Origin: Peribolospora baueri
Lineage: Eukaryota
Reading direction: 5' to 3'
DNA length: 64,000 nt
Assembly: GCA_029717555.1 (NCBI GenBank)
Contig: JAMDHS010000002.1
Coordinates: forward strand, 62,001 to 126,000
Of this stretch, positions 38,455-54,963 are shown in pieces. The translations under genes and the position numbers were made by a program. The first letter of the stretch is position 1; the number at the start of each line of letters is the position of its first letter. The notes beneath the pieces are model-generated. The model was not told the origin of the DNA and did no database searches. It saw only the letters and a program-made list of their open reading frames with translations.

Positions 38455-40083
38455 ATGGCCCCGGTGGACCCTAGTCCAGCCTCGGACGACGACATCTTCG
38501 TCGTCACCGAAGAGGGTCTCATCCCGTGTTTCCCCTCCAAGTCTCAGTCCCGGTCCCATAGTCAGACGCAAACGAAGGCATCGACGACGGTCCGGGATAT
38601 CGCGCATCTCACGACTCTCGAGAACGAAGCAGAGGAGGAGCTCGGTCCGAGTTTCCTCTCCCAGTCTCAGTTGCAGCCCCAAGAGGAAACACAAACGCAG
38701 ACATCGACAGCAGCCCCGGCTAGGGCGCCTCTCACGAATGAAGAGAAACGGCGTGCTAGGGAGGCCAACAAGGCACGCTCCTCCAAGGGTGAGGCCATCA
38801 AGGAAATGATAGTTGAGATCGACGCCGCCCTCGTCGCTTCGGACACTGGCGCCCTCCACGACGTTTTGGCTCCCCTCCGGCAGCGGCTTCTGGACGAGGG
38901 AGTATTGTCCGTGGAATTCTTCGACGGCGGTTCGATTACCTCTTTGATTCGCTGGAAGCGGCGCACGAAGGCGAAGATGAACGAGGAAACGCGGACTTGG
39001 GTACCTCTGGAGGAGCCAGTGACGGAGGAGGAGAACACGGTGTTATTCTTCCTGCCAGCAGAAGAACTCGCGACACATCTCGAGAGAGGTTCGCTGTCGA
39101 CTACCATCCACGACGTCCGCCAGGTGGTTGGGCACACGCATCAGATCTTCGTCATGGTCGATGGCATGGAAAAGTATTTTCGCAAGCGCAGGAACGCCAT
39201 CAACCGCGATTTTACCGCAGCTGTGAGGGGAGAGCTGAACGGCGTGCCCGTTGTCGACCATGGGGAGTGTGGAAGCAGCAGAGGAGGGGGTAGAAAGGAC
39301 TCGAGCGGCGTCATGACCGAGGAGGATGTATACGAGGAGCTGCTCCGACTCCAAGTCGTCGAGAAGTGCTTCATCGTCCATGTTGACAGAAAGACGGAAG
39401 TCGTCGAGTGGCTCGTCGCTGTCACGTCCGACATCTCTATCCGGCCGTTCAAGTGAGTCGCCACTTGCCCCATTCTCCGCCTGCGTTCGTTCTCCGGAAA
39501 CGGCCCCCTGATCGAACTACCAAACTACTGCACCCCGGCTCACTCCCCCTCTCCCCCTTTGCAGACTTCTCCGGAACTCTCACCTTCCCTTCTGTCCGGA
39601 TGCTCGAACGCCGACAGGGAAGGACGACTCAGAGACATATCGCTACATGCTGCAGCAAATTCCTAAGGTCACCCACCACACAGCCTTGGGCATCCAGCGC
39701 GATTTTCCCACGCTGCGTAGTCTGTTCGAGGCATACGAGCGAACGAGCAATCGCGCATTGGCTGAACAGCTGCTCGCTGATTGCGTGGTGAGTGTAAAGC
39801 TCTCATCGATTGCCAAGGGGCGCCCGATTAATGTCGATGGGCCAGCACTTCTAACTCTAGGTCAACTCGGTTTGAACTGGACCATACAGATCAGTCACAC
39901 ACGGAACGGTGTTGCAAATGCTCGTGTGGTTGGCAATAACATGTCCAAGCGTGAGTATGGCAGCGGCGAGAGAACTTTGGATGAATGCGAGAACGGTGCT
40001 CATGCCCTCGTTCGGCTCCCGCCCGCTCAGGCATATACGACATTTTACAGGGTACCGACCCACTGATGCTCATCAATGGATGA
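38455..40083 (+). CDS. EME1: Crossover junction endonuclease non-catalytic subunit (ERCC4 family, Eme1/Mms4-like)
   Basis: KEMIVEID, IRWKRR..A.......W.P....EEE, YFRKRRNAINRDF, EELLRLQV, DISIRPFK, HhH-like MLQQIPKVT...A..I...FPTLRSL..AY. A CTAAC...CAG acceptor just before the ATG suggests an upstream intron. Confidence 0.8.
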
Positions 40084-40182
40084 GAGGATCATTTGATTTG
40101 GCTGTCAACTCTGGGCCTTTCGGATCGCATTCACCTTGCACTGCGTAGCAAACAGAATCGGAGTCTGCGGCCGCATATACGA

Positions 40183-43100
40183 TCAGTCCAGAGGATCGCG
40201 GCCTTCCCTCCGCGCTGCCTTGAACCTCGACACCTTCTTAGGCGGCTGCTCTTCCGAAGCAGTTGAAGCCGGTCTTGGATGCGGAACGGGCAAGCTGGTC
40301 GGAGTCTGGGACGATCTGGGAGCGGTGGGCTGCGAAGTTCCTACGGCTCGGACCATTGGCGGCTTCGGCTCGGTCTCTTCGGGCTGTTGCGCCGGCCTCG
40401 CATCGCCGGCGAGAGGGGCGCCGCCGGATGTGCATACATCCTCGCCGAACTCTAGAGCTTCAAGCCTCCTGCGCATGATCTCTTCGAGCCCCTCGTCGTC
40501 GCTTTCACCTTCTAGCTCGATACCTCTCCTTCCCGCTAGTGCCTGCTCTTGTCCCTCTCCACTCGTCATGATGGCACTGTTCTTGGGATACCGAACGTCC
40601 CCGAGCGAGGGAATCACCATCATAGGCTGACCCGTCACAGATGGGTCAGATAGCAATTGTTCGATGGTCGTCATGCCGCTATCTTCTCTGTGCTCGTGCT
40701 CTTCGTCCGGAGAGAAGTTACGCAAACCAGGTGCGTTCTCGTTAGCAAACGTCGAAGACGACGAGCTGGGATCCTCGCGGCCCATTTGACCGTGAACATT
40801 GGCCGCGAAGCGCGAGGCTCTAAATCGAGAGACTTTGCCTCGCTTCTCAAAGTCAGTGCGCGGGGCGGTCGTGGCGTCCAGAGGAACGAACTTGACGCAG
40901 GGAATAAGGGCACAGGAAAGGCAGAAGAACGGTCAGCCTAAAATTGCATACCGGCTCCGACGCAACCTATTTCGCAAAGGCCAAAGGCGCACGAAATACG
41001 TCATGTCGAAGGGGCAATGCGAACCACAGCGGGCTAGCCAGTCGACAAGCTCACCTCCTGTTCCCAGGGATCCTCATTCCTCGAAGTCGCCAGCAATCTG
41101 GCGAGCTCCTCTCCACTGAGCGATCCCGTGCCTGCCCCTTCCGCGAGCTGGTGCCTCCTGCGGTGATACTCGAGCGCGACCTCACGCTGGTGCATGGCTT
41201 CATCCAGATCGATGCCTTCTTCGTCATCTACGTCTGATGCCTCGTCGAAGGAGAGATCAATGTCGTCTGAATCGTCCTCTTCCTCCTCCTCTTCCGCTAG
41301 GTCGTTTGCAACCTGCTTAGCTTGATCGATCATATGAGGAGCACCGGCGTTGAGCGGTACAGGCGGTACGGGCGGAACATCCTCCACTCGCGTACCCTTC
41401 GCCGGCCTACCTTCCCCTTCCTCCTCAGACGACTCTTCCGAGTCTTTTCCCTGCTCTGCCCTCGCAGAAGCGGTTAGCTGCTCCTCCGAAGGAGGTTTCC
41501 AACCTCTTGCCTCAAGCTTCGCTCGGAACTTGCTGGACGGCCTCGCGTGCGGAAGTAAAGGTCCTCGCTCGGACGCGGGCTTGAGCGGTCGCTCCACGAT
41601 GCCCGGTTTCATTACTTGACGGCGTTGGGGCCCTCTGGCTCCACCGGTCGCTTCGGACACTTGGGAAGGTGTAGGCGCAGCTCGCTGGCCGGTTTGCAGT
41701 CCTTGGCCGCTGAGAAGGGCCACGATCGATGCTGCCTCCTCCTCGTTGTCGTCTTCTGAATCTTCTTGATTGATAGTCGTCGCTTCAGCAGCAAACCGGA
41801 CCCCTTTCTTCCGCCCAGCAGTCCCTTCGCCTCCCTTCTCGTGTGTTTCCACTTCGTCTCTTGCTGCTTCACTTGGCGGGACAGCGAAACCGACGCTCTT
41901 CTTCCTATTTTCCTTGCCCTGGGACGAAGAAGATTGCGGAGCAGGAGCCGCTGTGTTACGGTTCGAGATCGAAGACACAGAAGAAGGTAATTTCTTCAAG
42001 GCAGGCGGGGGCGTGGGCATTGCTGGAGTCGATCTTGTAGGAGGGGCAGGTAGAGCCTGGTCAACGTCCATGCTGTCGTCCTCCTCGCCGTTCTCGCCCT
42101 CGTCCTCATCGTCTGGAATTTCAGCCGTCCGCCTTGGCCTCGCCCTGGCATCAGTAGAGAAGGCCTTCTCAGGATCGAAGGTGCCATCGTCTGTATCTTC
42201 TTCCTCTTCGTCGCCCTCCTCTAGATCCGCGAAAAGGCGATCCAGCCACCGCATGCGCTCCTCCTTCGTCGTTACTGCCGCGCCACTACGTCCTTTCGGC
42301 ATAGACCGCTCAAAAGGTTGAGTATACCCCGGTCGTCGGGTTGATTCTGGCGCATCGTCTGGGACCTGCTCGATGGGCTCGAAGAATGGGAGACCCTCTT
42401 CGTTTACGAGCTGTGGTGCAACAAAGTGAGTATAAAATGATATTATTTCTCGTCATTTAAGAAGAAACGTTAGGAAAGCATCACAGACCTCATTATTATC
42501 GTTTAGCACGAGATGGCCATCTGGTTTGACCCCAGGTCCGAAGATGTTCTCCCCGCCCGGACCTTTCCCCTGTGCAAGGCTCTCCGCCAACGAGGCGACG
42601 AAAGCGCTCCGTACTGTCGCAACTCCAGAGCTGAGCTCTGTTCCCGTAAGTACACAAGGAGGTAGTCTTCAGCTTTGCGTTCGGAAAAACAGCCATAACC
42701 GCCACGAAGCAAGCTCACCTTCCCTCCGTCTCTTGAGCATTTCTCTCGCATCGCTGACGCTCTTCTCCTCCCAAACGCCTTCGGGTGTCTCAACACGCCT
42801 TCGCCGATCTGCAGTGAGACCAGTTTTTGTGGCTGTCCCCGAGGCTTGAGAAGATGATGATATAGGCGCATCGCCTACTCGCACCATGACTCTGCCGGGC
42901 TGGAGCGGCTCATCAAAAGGGAAGGGTGAGCAGCCGACCGGTGCCTGTTACAAGAAAATAACAGAAGAATGAGATTGAACCACAGAAAAAAACGACTTGC
43001 CGCGCAGCGCAGTCAAATATGAACTCCAAAGGTCCAAAAGGCTTTTACTCACTGCTGCCGCCGCCTTTGCCTTGTCAAGGTCGTTTTCCAGCTCCGCGAG

Positions 43101-43226
43101 CGCCTGATCAAGTTTTTCCAGCCTGGCCAACTCGGAAGTTGCCCTGGCCAGCTGCTGCTGTACCTTCTCCGGGATGGGGGCGGTAGTGGGCTCTGAGTCT
43201 GAGGGCCTTGGTTGAGACTCAGACAT
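40183..43226 (-). CDS. BUD27: Bud27/URI unconventional prefoldin-like protein, multi-exon
   Basis: N-terminal coiled coil with VMVRVGD..AREMLKRR, NEEGLPFFEPIE, AMHQREVALEYHRRR, and terminal PKKVSRFKAAR. Confidence 0.78.
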
Positions 43227-43419
43227 GGTACTTGAGGTGTGCGTTATGGAAGTCGTTCCGTCAGACGTCGTTCGAGCGGTCCATGCAAGCAATCATGGAG
43301 ATCACGTGCACATATCCGCTGCGGCACAGGAAGAAAGCACGGGCCTTCCTGCGACCATGACTTGTCGCAGAAATAATCCCACCTTCCTCTATATTCATCC
43401 CTCAACACATTGACCAAAC

Positions 43420-45401
<1,982 letters not shown>

Positions 45402-46034
45402 GGTGCCGATAAGGAGGTATGCGTACGTCATTCGGCGCTGCGTCGCGTTGGGCTCTGTGCGTCGCAGTAAGCGCGTCATAGAAAGGGCGACGGGAGTCCT
45501 CATGATTCCGTGGATTCATAGACTCGAGGAGGAGTCGCCGACACTACAGTGTACGTGTCAATATAGGGGATTTAATTTGGCTGCGTGCGGTTCGGAAATT
45601 TGAAGGCTGATCGGAGTCGGACGTTTACAATCGACTTTAAATGAATTAAAAGCGATCGTTGATCCGGATCGGTGTCGTCAACTGATTTCGGTGGTGATAA
45701 CTTGCGAGACTCCCTTTTTATGGGGACAGTGTCTGTTCTGAGTGGGAAATAAAGAGCTTCGCCTCTCATGGGAGGTGTCTATTTCGAGATTTAAGACACC
45801 TTGTCTTGCGAGGAAGGGAGGAGGAAGTCTCATGCCAATGGAGAGGGCTGGCACATATCGCCGCGGTCGTGAGCCGGGCGTGATATCTCTCCTTCCATCC
45901 GACAACGACGGCTGTTTCGAAAAGATCACCCTTCACCGCCCAGCTGTCCCTCCACCCCGTGTCCTACGATATAGCTTTGTATAGTTTGACCCGGCAAGCA
46001 GCACCATGTCCCGCGTCCCCATCATTCGTCGCAC

Positions 46035-46963
46035 ATGAGCACGTTCACCAGACTCAGAGAAGCTTGGTGCGAGTTCGCCTACCCGTCCAACGCCAAGTCG
46101 TCGTCTGCTAGAGATTTCTTGGGTGGGTCCGAGGTGGCTTACGGCCCGGATTCGTTGTGTGCGGCGGGAGGGGAAGAGGCGAGAAAAGGAGAGCTGAACT
46201 GAACTGCTTCACCGTTTGTCTCGAGGATAGCTCGCGAACGCAACTTTGGTAGCTGGCTTCGACTGGTGAGCTTGCACCGCCGCTTCGGCTCGCCTCGCCT
46301 GTGGGTTCATTTGCTGACTTGGCCATCGTATTATCCTCCCTCCTCGCCCGTTTTCTTTCCTTTATATCGCCTCCTCAGTCCGCCACCCTCTTCGTCCTCG
46401 CAGGGGCCCTTATCATCCGCTTCCGACTGGCGGATATCTCAGCTCGCTCCTCCCCCCGCCCCGGCACGGCCGTCCGAGGCTCTTCAGAAGGCTACGCTTA
46501 CGATGATAGCCATGGCTACCGGGGTACGAATGAGGTCGGAGGCGGAGATGGGAACGGGGAGTCGGCACAGGCCGTCTTCATCGCGTCCCCCTCTTCACCA
46601 CCGCCGTCCGACGCCAACGTCTCCTCTTCGCCCTACTCCTCCTCCTCAGTACCCTCGTGCACCTACCCCCTCACCTGCGCCATTTGCCCGTGCGCCCCCT
46701 CCACCCTGCTCGTGCCGACGATCCTCGAAACCACCATGGGCTCCCTCATCCTCGGGTCCATGTTCTTCGGCTTCGCCGTTGGAGCCTTGCTCATCGGCAT
46801 CGTTGACTACATGGGGTGTCAGCGCGGGCTCGAGGATGCGGAGAGGACCGGCAGAGCGTTCGTGCAGAGCGGAAGGATCGTGCAAGCGTGTCAGGTGCTC
46901 ATCGCGCTGGCCATCAGCGCTACGGCCGTCCTTCTGCTCGTCACCGAGGGGGTTGCCAAATGA
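46035..46963 (+). CDS. DUF202 (YidH-like) small membrane protein, 3 exons
   Basis: Spliced N-terminus ...SSARDFL|ARERNFGSWLRL|SATLFVLAGALIIRFRL matches the DUF202 pattern RD.LA.ER.F.SW.R. Two more hydrophobic helices follow. The ORF track misses the true start. Confidence 0.8.
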
Positions 46964-48114
46964 CGCCGGGAGGATGGCTCATTGGCGCGAGGAAAAGAGC
47001 GTCTCCATGCGCAATACAATCTTCCTCGTGTGTTTTTGTCAGAGCCAAAGGTCGACTAGACAAGCCACGGATGATACGACGGATAGGGGGCGGCAAGTTA
47101 GATTTTTTATTTTTTGGCAAGTCGGTTGTTGTAAGAACACTCAATCATCGGCCGGCGTATATACTAGAACTTTGCCGCTTTGGAGATCGCTCGGTGCTTT
47201 GCCCGAGGCTGCTGGTATGGGGAGTGAACGTCTGGGTCTCGCAAGGTTTACGAGAAGACTCGCTCTGCGACCGCTCTTCAAAGCGTCTCCAGCAGATCCG
47301 GACGGCAGACTTGGCCCCATCTCACTTGCCGAAGGCGGTCCTTTCGTGCCTTTGAGGCAAGGTGGTCACGGGACGATAAAAAAGCTAAGTGAAAGTAAGA
47401 GTGATGGACGGGGCGAGAGTTTGATGGGGTTGCTCGATAGGTTATGTCTATAAAGATGGCGAAGACAGGCAGAGAAGCCGGGGCCTATACACCCGAGAGG
47501 GCATGGGGACGATCCAAGTCCGCAAGTGCCTTGCGCTTTTCTGCGCCTGCCGGATTGTTCTCCCACGGCGATTGCGAGCTGGCACACCCACTCCGCTTCG
47601 CTGTTCTCAGCGCCGGCCACGCTGCTGCACTCACGCGGTCCGCGAGCACCGCCGGAGGGATGGATCGCCGAGAGCACTTAGGCTTTGAGGGCTGGCTGAG
47701 TCGGTCGGATCGAGGTCGGCTGATTCCGACTTGGTCGTGTGTGACTTGGCGAGTCGAAAAGGGGTCTCAGATGTCTGTCTGAACCGGGCCCGGAAGGCGC
47801 CGGGCGGTGATCGTCGTGTTCGCCGCCACCGCCTCGCCTCGCGTTTGCCTGGCCGATCGGGCGTGCTGTGCTGTGCTGCTGCGGCAGGCGCTTGCGTGTG
47901 CTCCTGGGCTGATTGACTCGTGCGACCGGCGAAACGGGCCCGGCTGGCCGACGACCGACTCTGCCCCCAACCACCATCATCCCATCGCGACCGCCACTCG
48001 CTCCAGACGCTCTCACTCGCAAACAGACGCAAGACGTTTGACACCTTTCGTACCCCCATCGCCTCCTATCGTGAGTGTTACGCTTTGTCTCCACGTCCCT
48101 CCGTTCCCACGTAA

Positions 48115-49279
<1,165 letters not shown>

Positions 49280-50020
49280 CGTGCCCTATGTCATCGCCCT
49301 TCGCCCCGTCTCGTCCACCGCCCGGGGCACGCTCGTTTCGCTTCCTCTTGAACGTCCCCTCGCATGCATTAGAATTCCTGCCACTCGTACCTCCCCGCTG
49401 TGTTTCGCTTCTACTCCTTTTGGGATCACTTCACCTCCCCTGACGCCTACGTGTGTATCGCCCCTCCTTCATACCTTGTTTTTCTTACTCCCAACCATCC
49501 CCATCGCATAGTTCTGTCCGACAGTTCCGCCGTTTCTTTCAACCCTTATTGCCATTCCACCGGCGAATTGTCCTTCCTTTTGTCTTTCGCCCCTTTCCCC
49601 TTTATAGTCGTACCGGCGCCCAAACTCCGCCCCACGGGTCTCGGTCTGCTGTCGGCTCAACCTTTCCCCATTGTGGGCGTGAATGTATTCGTAGACGTCA
49701 ATCAAGCTCCCCAAGATGATTTTTCTCGAGTCAGGCTTTTGTGTGATACTTGAGAGAATGTGCTCTATTGGGAGGATACATGGATGGATGAGAGCAAGAA
49801 AAGGGGCCGGTGCTGGGAGAGGGCGATGGCCGTCGGGGCGCATGAGGAAGACTGACGGGCGGTAGTGGTAGTGGACGTGGCGTGAATAAGGGAAGCTTGG
49901 TTCCGGCGCAGAGCATGTGGCCTGTGCTGCCGCAGCTTTTCTCGACACCGGAGCCACCAAGAGCGCGCGGACGGTCTAAGATCGTTTTCCCATCATCACC
50001 TACTCGAATCTTTCACCACC

Positions 50021-52086
50021 ATGGGCGGCGACAACTCGCCGGAGGAGCTCTTCTCCGACGTAGATGAGCTCGAAGCAAAGGAGCTCGACTTGGACTTGGC
50101 GTCCGATGACGACGGCATCGACGAGGGCGATTTCGACATGGACGCGCTTCCGAACTCGGGCTCGGACTCGGATGCCGACTCGGACGACGACGACGAGCCC
50201 GTGACTGCCGCTAATTTTGAGGCCAAGTCGCGGGCTCTGGACGCCAAGCGAGTTCGACGGGCGGTCGAGGATCGCGAAGAGCTGTTGCGGAGTACGAAGC
50301 GGATGAAGGGCGATGAGGGCGCGGTGGGCGTGTCTCGAAGGGAGGGGAGCAGCGATGAGGATGTTGAGGAGGACGGAGACGAGGAGGATACGTTTGCGCT
50401 ACCTACGGTGGAGGAGAGGGAAGCGGAGAAGAAGATCGGAGCGGATCTGCAGGTGGTGCAGATGAGGATACAGGAGGTGGTCAGGACCTTGAGCGATTTC
50501 AAAAAGTTGGCCAAGGACGGGAGGTGAGTTGTTGACAGGTCAAGAGTGGCGTTCGCGCTCCTTTTCTTGCTATCTTTTTTGGCCAATGTCCTGTTCGCAG
50601 TTGCCAGAACCGGATCGTCTTGACGTTTGGTTATCTTTCTTCGCCTCTTACCCCGGCCATCCAGGTCCCGAACGGAATACGTCGAACAACTGATCAGCGA
50701 CATCTGCGATTATTACGGCTACAATCAGTACCTGGCCGAGAAGCTGTTCAACATTTTCAGCCCCGCCGAGGTGAGTGCGGTGGTGCAATGGAGTGGAAAG
50801 GCAGCTGGTCTCCCTCACACTGCCAGCGGCATGCTTGGCTGACGCAGACGTCGCTCGTCTCGTCCGCGCCAGGCCATCGAGTTCTTCGAAGCAAATGAGG
50901 TGCCACGACCAGTGACGATTCGAGCCAACACGCTACGCACCCGCCGACGAGACCTGGCGCAAGCGCTGATCAATAGAGGTGTCAATCTCGAGCCGATCGG
51001 CAAGTGGACGAAGGTGGGGCTGCAAGTGTTCGAGTCTGCGGTGCCCATTGGCGCTACGCCCGAGTATCTCGCCGGTCACTACATGCTTCAGGCCGCCAGC
51101 TCCTTCCTTCCCGTCATGGCGCTCGCGCCTCAGCCCAACGAGCGCGTGCTCGACATGGCCAGCGCGCCGGGTGGAAAGACGACGTACATGAGCGCCCTAA
51201 TGCAGAACACCGGTCTCGTCTTTGCCAACGACTCGAACAAAGCTCGGACAAAAAGCTTGACGGCCAACGTGCACCGTCTCGGATGTAAGAACGTTGTCGT
51301 GTGCAGCTACGACGGCAGGCAGTTCCCTAAGGTCATGGGCGGGTTCGACCGCGTGCTTCTGGACGCGCCGTGTTCGGGCACGGGCGTCATCAGCAAGGAC
51401 CCCAGCGTCAAGACCAACAAGGTGAGCTCATGTGGACGCGAAAGTGGGCGGATCGGGCGAGTGCTTAAAAGATTGTTTGCCTCTTATCCACACGGCGTCC
51501 GAATTGGCCTCTGGCTCGTGTGCGCGCAGAGCGAACGAGACTTTACTCTGCTCGCGCACCTCCAAAAGCAGCTGATCCTCTGCGCCATCGACTCGATCAA
51601 CGCTTCCTCGTCGACGGGAGGCTACGTGGTTTACTCCACGTGCTCCGTCACGGTGGACGAGAACGAGGCGGTGGTGGATTATGCGTTGCGGAAGCGACCC
51701 AACGTGCGCATCGTGCCCACCGGCATCGAGTTTGGAAGGGAAGGGTTAACGAGCTATCGGGGTCGGAAGTTTAATCCCAAGATGAAACTTGCGAGGAGGA
51801 TCTATGTGAGTAGGCCGTTGACGGGCGGCATAGTTCAGCCGGTGGGGGGCGCGTAACTCATCATTCGACCCTATCTTCGGTTCGCTTTTAGCCTCATGTC
51901 CACAACATGGACGGGTTTTGGCTCGTCAAGGTGAGTCTCGCTTCCCTCGTCCGTCTGGCCGCATCGTCCGTGCTGCTTGCGTCGCGCTCTCGCCCTGACC
52001 CCTCGTGACCCCTGCTCCATCTCCGAACACAGCTCAAGGTGGAGAAGAGCGCGACGGGCAAGAGGGCGGAGGAGACGGATGCGTGA
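50021..52086 (+). CDS. NOP2: 25S rRNA m5C methyltransferase Nop2, multi-exon
   Basis: YYGYNQYL, RPVTIRANTLRTRRRDLAQALINRGVNL, GATPEYLAGHYMLQ, LDMASAPGGKT, DRVLLDAPCSGTG, VYSTCS, PHVHNMDGF. Confidence 0.97.
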
Positions 52087-53092
52087 ACACGATCGTCGGT
52101 GGATCTTCTCAAGACGACCAGGCTACTGATTCGAGATGGAGATCGCTCCAAGGTTGCAGTCCGGAGACCAGGTCAGGTCCGATCCGAATCCGCTCCCGAA
52201 CGCTTTCATGGGTCTTCTGAGGGACGGAAGCGTATGTACGAATAAGCAACCATCGTTATACGGAGGCATCATTCCCCAATCTCAGTGCGGAGAGCATGCA
52301 TGATGCGATGAGTGTCCGAGAAAACGCATGTTAAATAGCAAGACAGATCACGCTCGATCGGACGGTAGGCGGTGAAGGGTCGCCGAGCGAGGCCGTGCGT
52401 GTTGTACAATATGTTTCGAACGGGTGAGCAAAGGTGGGGGAAAGGGGGCGTGTAAATGGTGAGTGGAGGATGCCGACGCACCAGCACATACGGAAGCGAA
52501 AACGAGAAGGGTCGAAGAGGGGAGTGGGAGAGCGTGAGCCCTTTCAACGCCCGGCGACGTACTGCATGTGCCGGGACGAGAGAGACAGATGACAGATACG
52601 AGGAGCGAATGACTGCGATGAAAAGACATGGCAACTTGGAAATGGACAGGAAGAGGTTTCTCAGCTGAGTTCGAGGGCGATGGGAAGGAGATCGATCGAT
52701 CGATCGATCTCGCTTTTTTGAGGATATGAGGGAACGACAAGAAATCGAGGCGCGCAGACGGTGACGGTCGAGAAGGTCGATTAGATCGAGGCGAGCAGGA
52801 CAGAAGTAGCCATCGTCCTCTCAGCATAGTCAGCTCGCTGAGGATGGGCCGTGACGCTTCGCGGCGACCTCATGATGATGGTGGTTACATGCGATCGGAT
52901 GGCCCGTGCCCAAAGTCATGTCACGTGCGTGCATCTATACAGTCTAGCGCGCGCGGTTGCACGCACGTCTCTCGCACGCTGACGGACACTGGGGACCGGC
53001 TGCGGCATCCATCGACAGGCGTCGACATTGGCGACCGCCTTCGCGCCTCTGAGCCTCCTTCGACGTTATCCACTCTTCAATCACTGCCCAAC

Positions 53093-53702
53093 ATGGATGA
53101 TTACGACGCCGCCGCCGCCGCCGAGCTCAAGAAGCGAAGGTCGTTCCGCAAGTACTCCTACCGCGGTGTAGAGCTTGACCAGCTTCTCGACCTTCCCAAC
53201 GAGGACGTGAGTGATCTTATCCCGATGGGGTGAAGGAAGAAGGGGAAGGGCGGCGGTGGTCTGAACCAAGCGTCGTTACACCGCTCACTCGTGTTCTGCG
53301 TGTCTGTTCTACTTTTCTGCTTCTCTCGTCCCATCGCGCCCGTTTATGGCCCACCTCCAGTTCATGAAGCTCGTACACGCTCGCGCCCGCCGGCGCTTCC
53401 AGCGCGGCCTGAAGCGCAAGCCGATGGGCCTGATCAAGAAGCTCCGCAAGGCGAAGAAGGAGGCTCCTCCGAACGAGAAGCCGGCGGTGGTCAAGACGCA
53501 CCTGCGCAACATGATCGTCGTCCCGGAAATGATCGGCTCGGTCGTCGGCATCTACAACGGCAAGGTCTTCAACACGGTCGAGATCAAGCCCGAGATGACC
53601 GGTCACTACCTCGGCGAGTTCTCCATCTCCTACACCCCCGTCAAGCACGGTCGCCCCGGTGTCGGTGCCACGAACAGCTCGAGGTTCATCCCCCTCAAGT
53701 AA
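53093..53702 (+). CDS. RPS15: 40S ribosomal protein S15 (uS19), 2 exons
   Basis: [21 protein letters not shown]|...[25 protein letters not shown]...[30 protein letters not shown]. Confidence 0.98.
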
Positions 53703-54489
53703 ACGCGGAAACCCAAAATCGACCGTTCGCCTCGGGCGACGGCCGGCGGACGGCGCCCGCGGCGCCCTGGGCGTTTTGTTCCGTTTGGAAGCTCGTCGGG
53801 GACGATGGATGGGAATGCATGCGACCAAGTGCGTGGTGTGGCGGGCTTTGGGCGACGCGGCCGGTGCGGTCGATCGGTCGTTGTTTTCACGGTTATGCGT
53901 GGTGAGGGGGAAAAGGGCGGTTGGACGACTCGGCCAGTAAACCCCCTGTGTGCACCTCAACCAGCGCTTCGGCTCTGTATGCTTCTGTTTGACATGTTCA
54001 TGTATGCCCACCTCGTTCACTTTCGAAGCCTCTTACCATCTCCCCCTTCCGGCGTGGAGGCCTCTTTGTCTTCGGCAAGGACCTGCGGTCTGAGAAAGAT
54101 GCCGTGTTGAGCAGACCAGGTCTCGCCAAGCTGGCGGGGCGCCATTGGAGACCCGGGCGATGTCATCCTTGTTTCGCTTTTTAATTCTTCAGACTCGACC
54201 CATCATAGGGTTTGTTCAAGGTGCATGGGGTACGTATCGTATCGCCTTGCCGCCGGCGTGACTGGAGCCCGACGAAAATTCACGCCGCGTGTGCTGTCGC
54301 TGATCAAAGCGGTTCTCCGTTGAGCTGGGACTGATAACATATGATGATGTGCGACCCGACCCAACCTCTACATAAACACCAAGGTCTGTTATTGAGCGTG
54401 CACATGGGTGAAGAAGAAATTTAAAAGGAAGACAAGATTAATAAGCCTCGCCTACAAGAGGGAGAGAAGAAGGTAAAGAAGAAAAGTGA

Positions 54490-54542
54490 GAGAAAATACG
54501 TAAAAGGAAAAAGAAAAAGAGGGAAACTAAAAGAAAAAGAAG
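54490..54542 (-). terminator. Oligo-T RNA polymerase III terminator tract downstream of 5S
   Basis: Several T4-T5 runs on the minus strand immediately after the 5S 3' end. Confidence 0.75.
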
Positions 54543-54660
54543 AACTGCAGCATTGAGGATTCCCGCGTGGTCCCCCACCGCAGTACTGACTCAACGGTAC
54601 CATGCTTAACTTTGCAGATCGGACGGGATGCAGTGCTTTCATGGTCCTATGGCCGCAGAT
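54543..54660 (-). rRNA. 5S rRNA gene (118 nt), apparently intact
   Basis: Minus strand reads ATCTGCGGCCATAGGACCATGAAAGCACTGCATCCCGTCCGATCTGCAAAGTTAAGC...AGTACTGCGGTGGGGGACCACGCGGGAATCC...GCTGCAGTT. The 5' and 3' ends pair. Confidence 0.97.
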
Positions 54661-54963
54661 GGAGAATAGAATGAGACCGAGATAGACATGCGTCTCATCC
54701 TGAGCCTTCCTCTGCTCTTTTCTGACTTTTGACCACTACCTGTCTCCTATAGAGGGAAGACCAACTGAGATAATTTTTTATTTTTATTTTTATTTTTTCC
54801 TTCTCCTTCTCCAAGTCATCCCACCGGAACAAATTTTTTGATTATTGATTATTTTCAGTCTCCACCTTTGCGTCGTCCTCACGGACGCCCGAGGCCTGAG
54901 TCGAATACGTAAAACTCCTTCTCACCAGAAGGATTAAAAAAGAGGAAAGCTCAACCAAGTTGA
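54661..54963 (-). other. Probable rDNA 3'ETS/IGS1 spacer between the LSU 3' end and 5S
   Basis: AT-rich ~300 bp between co-oriented LSU end and 5S, the arrangement known from many basidiomycete rDNA repeats. Small hairpin TTCAACTTGGTTGAG right after the LSU end. Confidence 0.7.

Noticed and set aside
46266..47453. 395-aa plus-strand ORF
   Set aside because: Out-of-frame overlap with the spliced DUF202 gene; low complexity.
54340..54400. Box C-like ATGATGA motif (also ~49075 in the ubiquitin intron) as a C/D snoRNA
   Set aside because: No suitably placed CTGA box D, terminal stem or rRNA guide identified.
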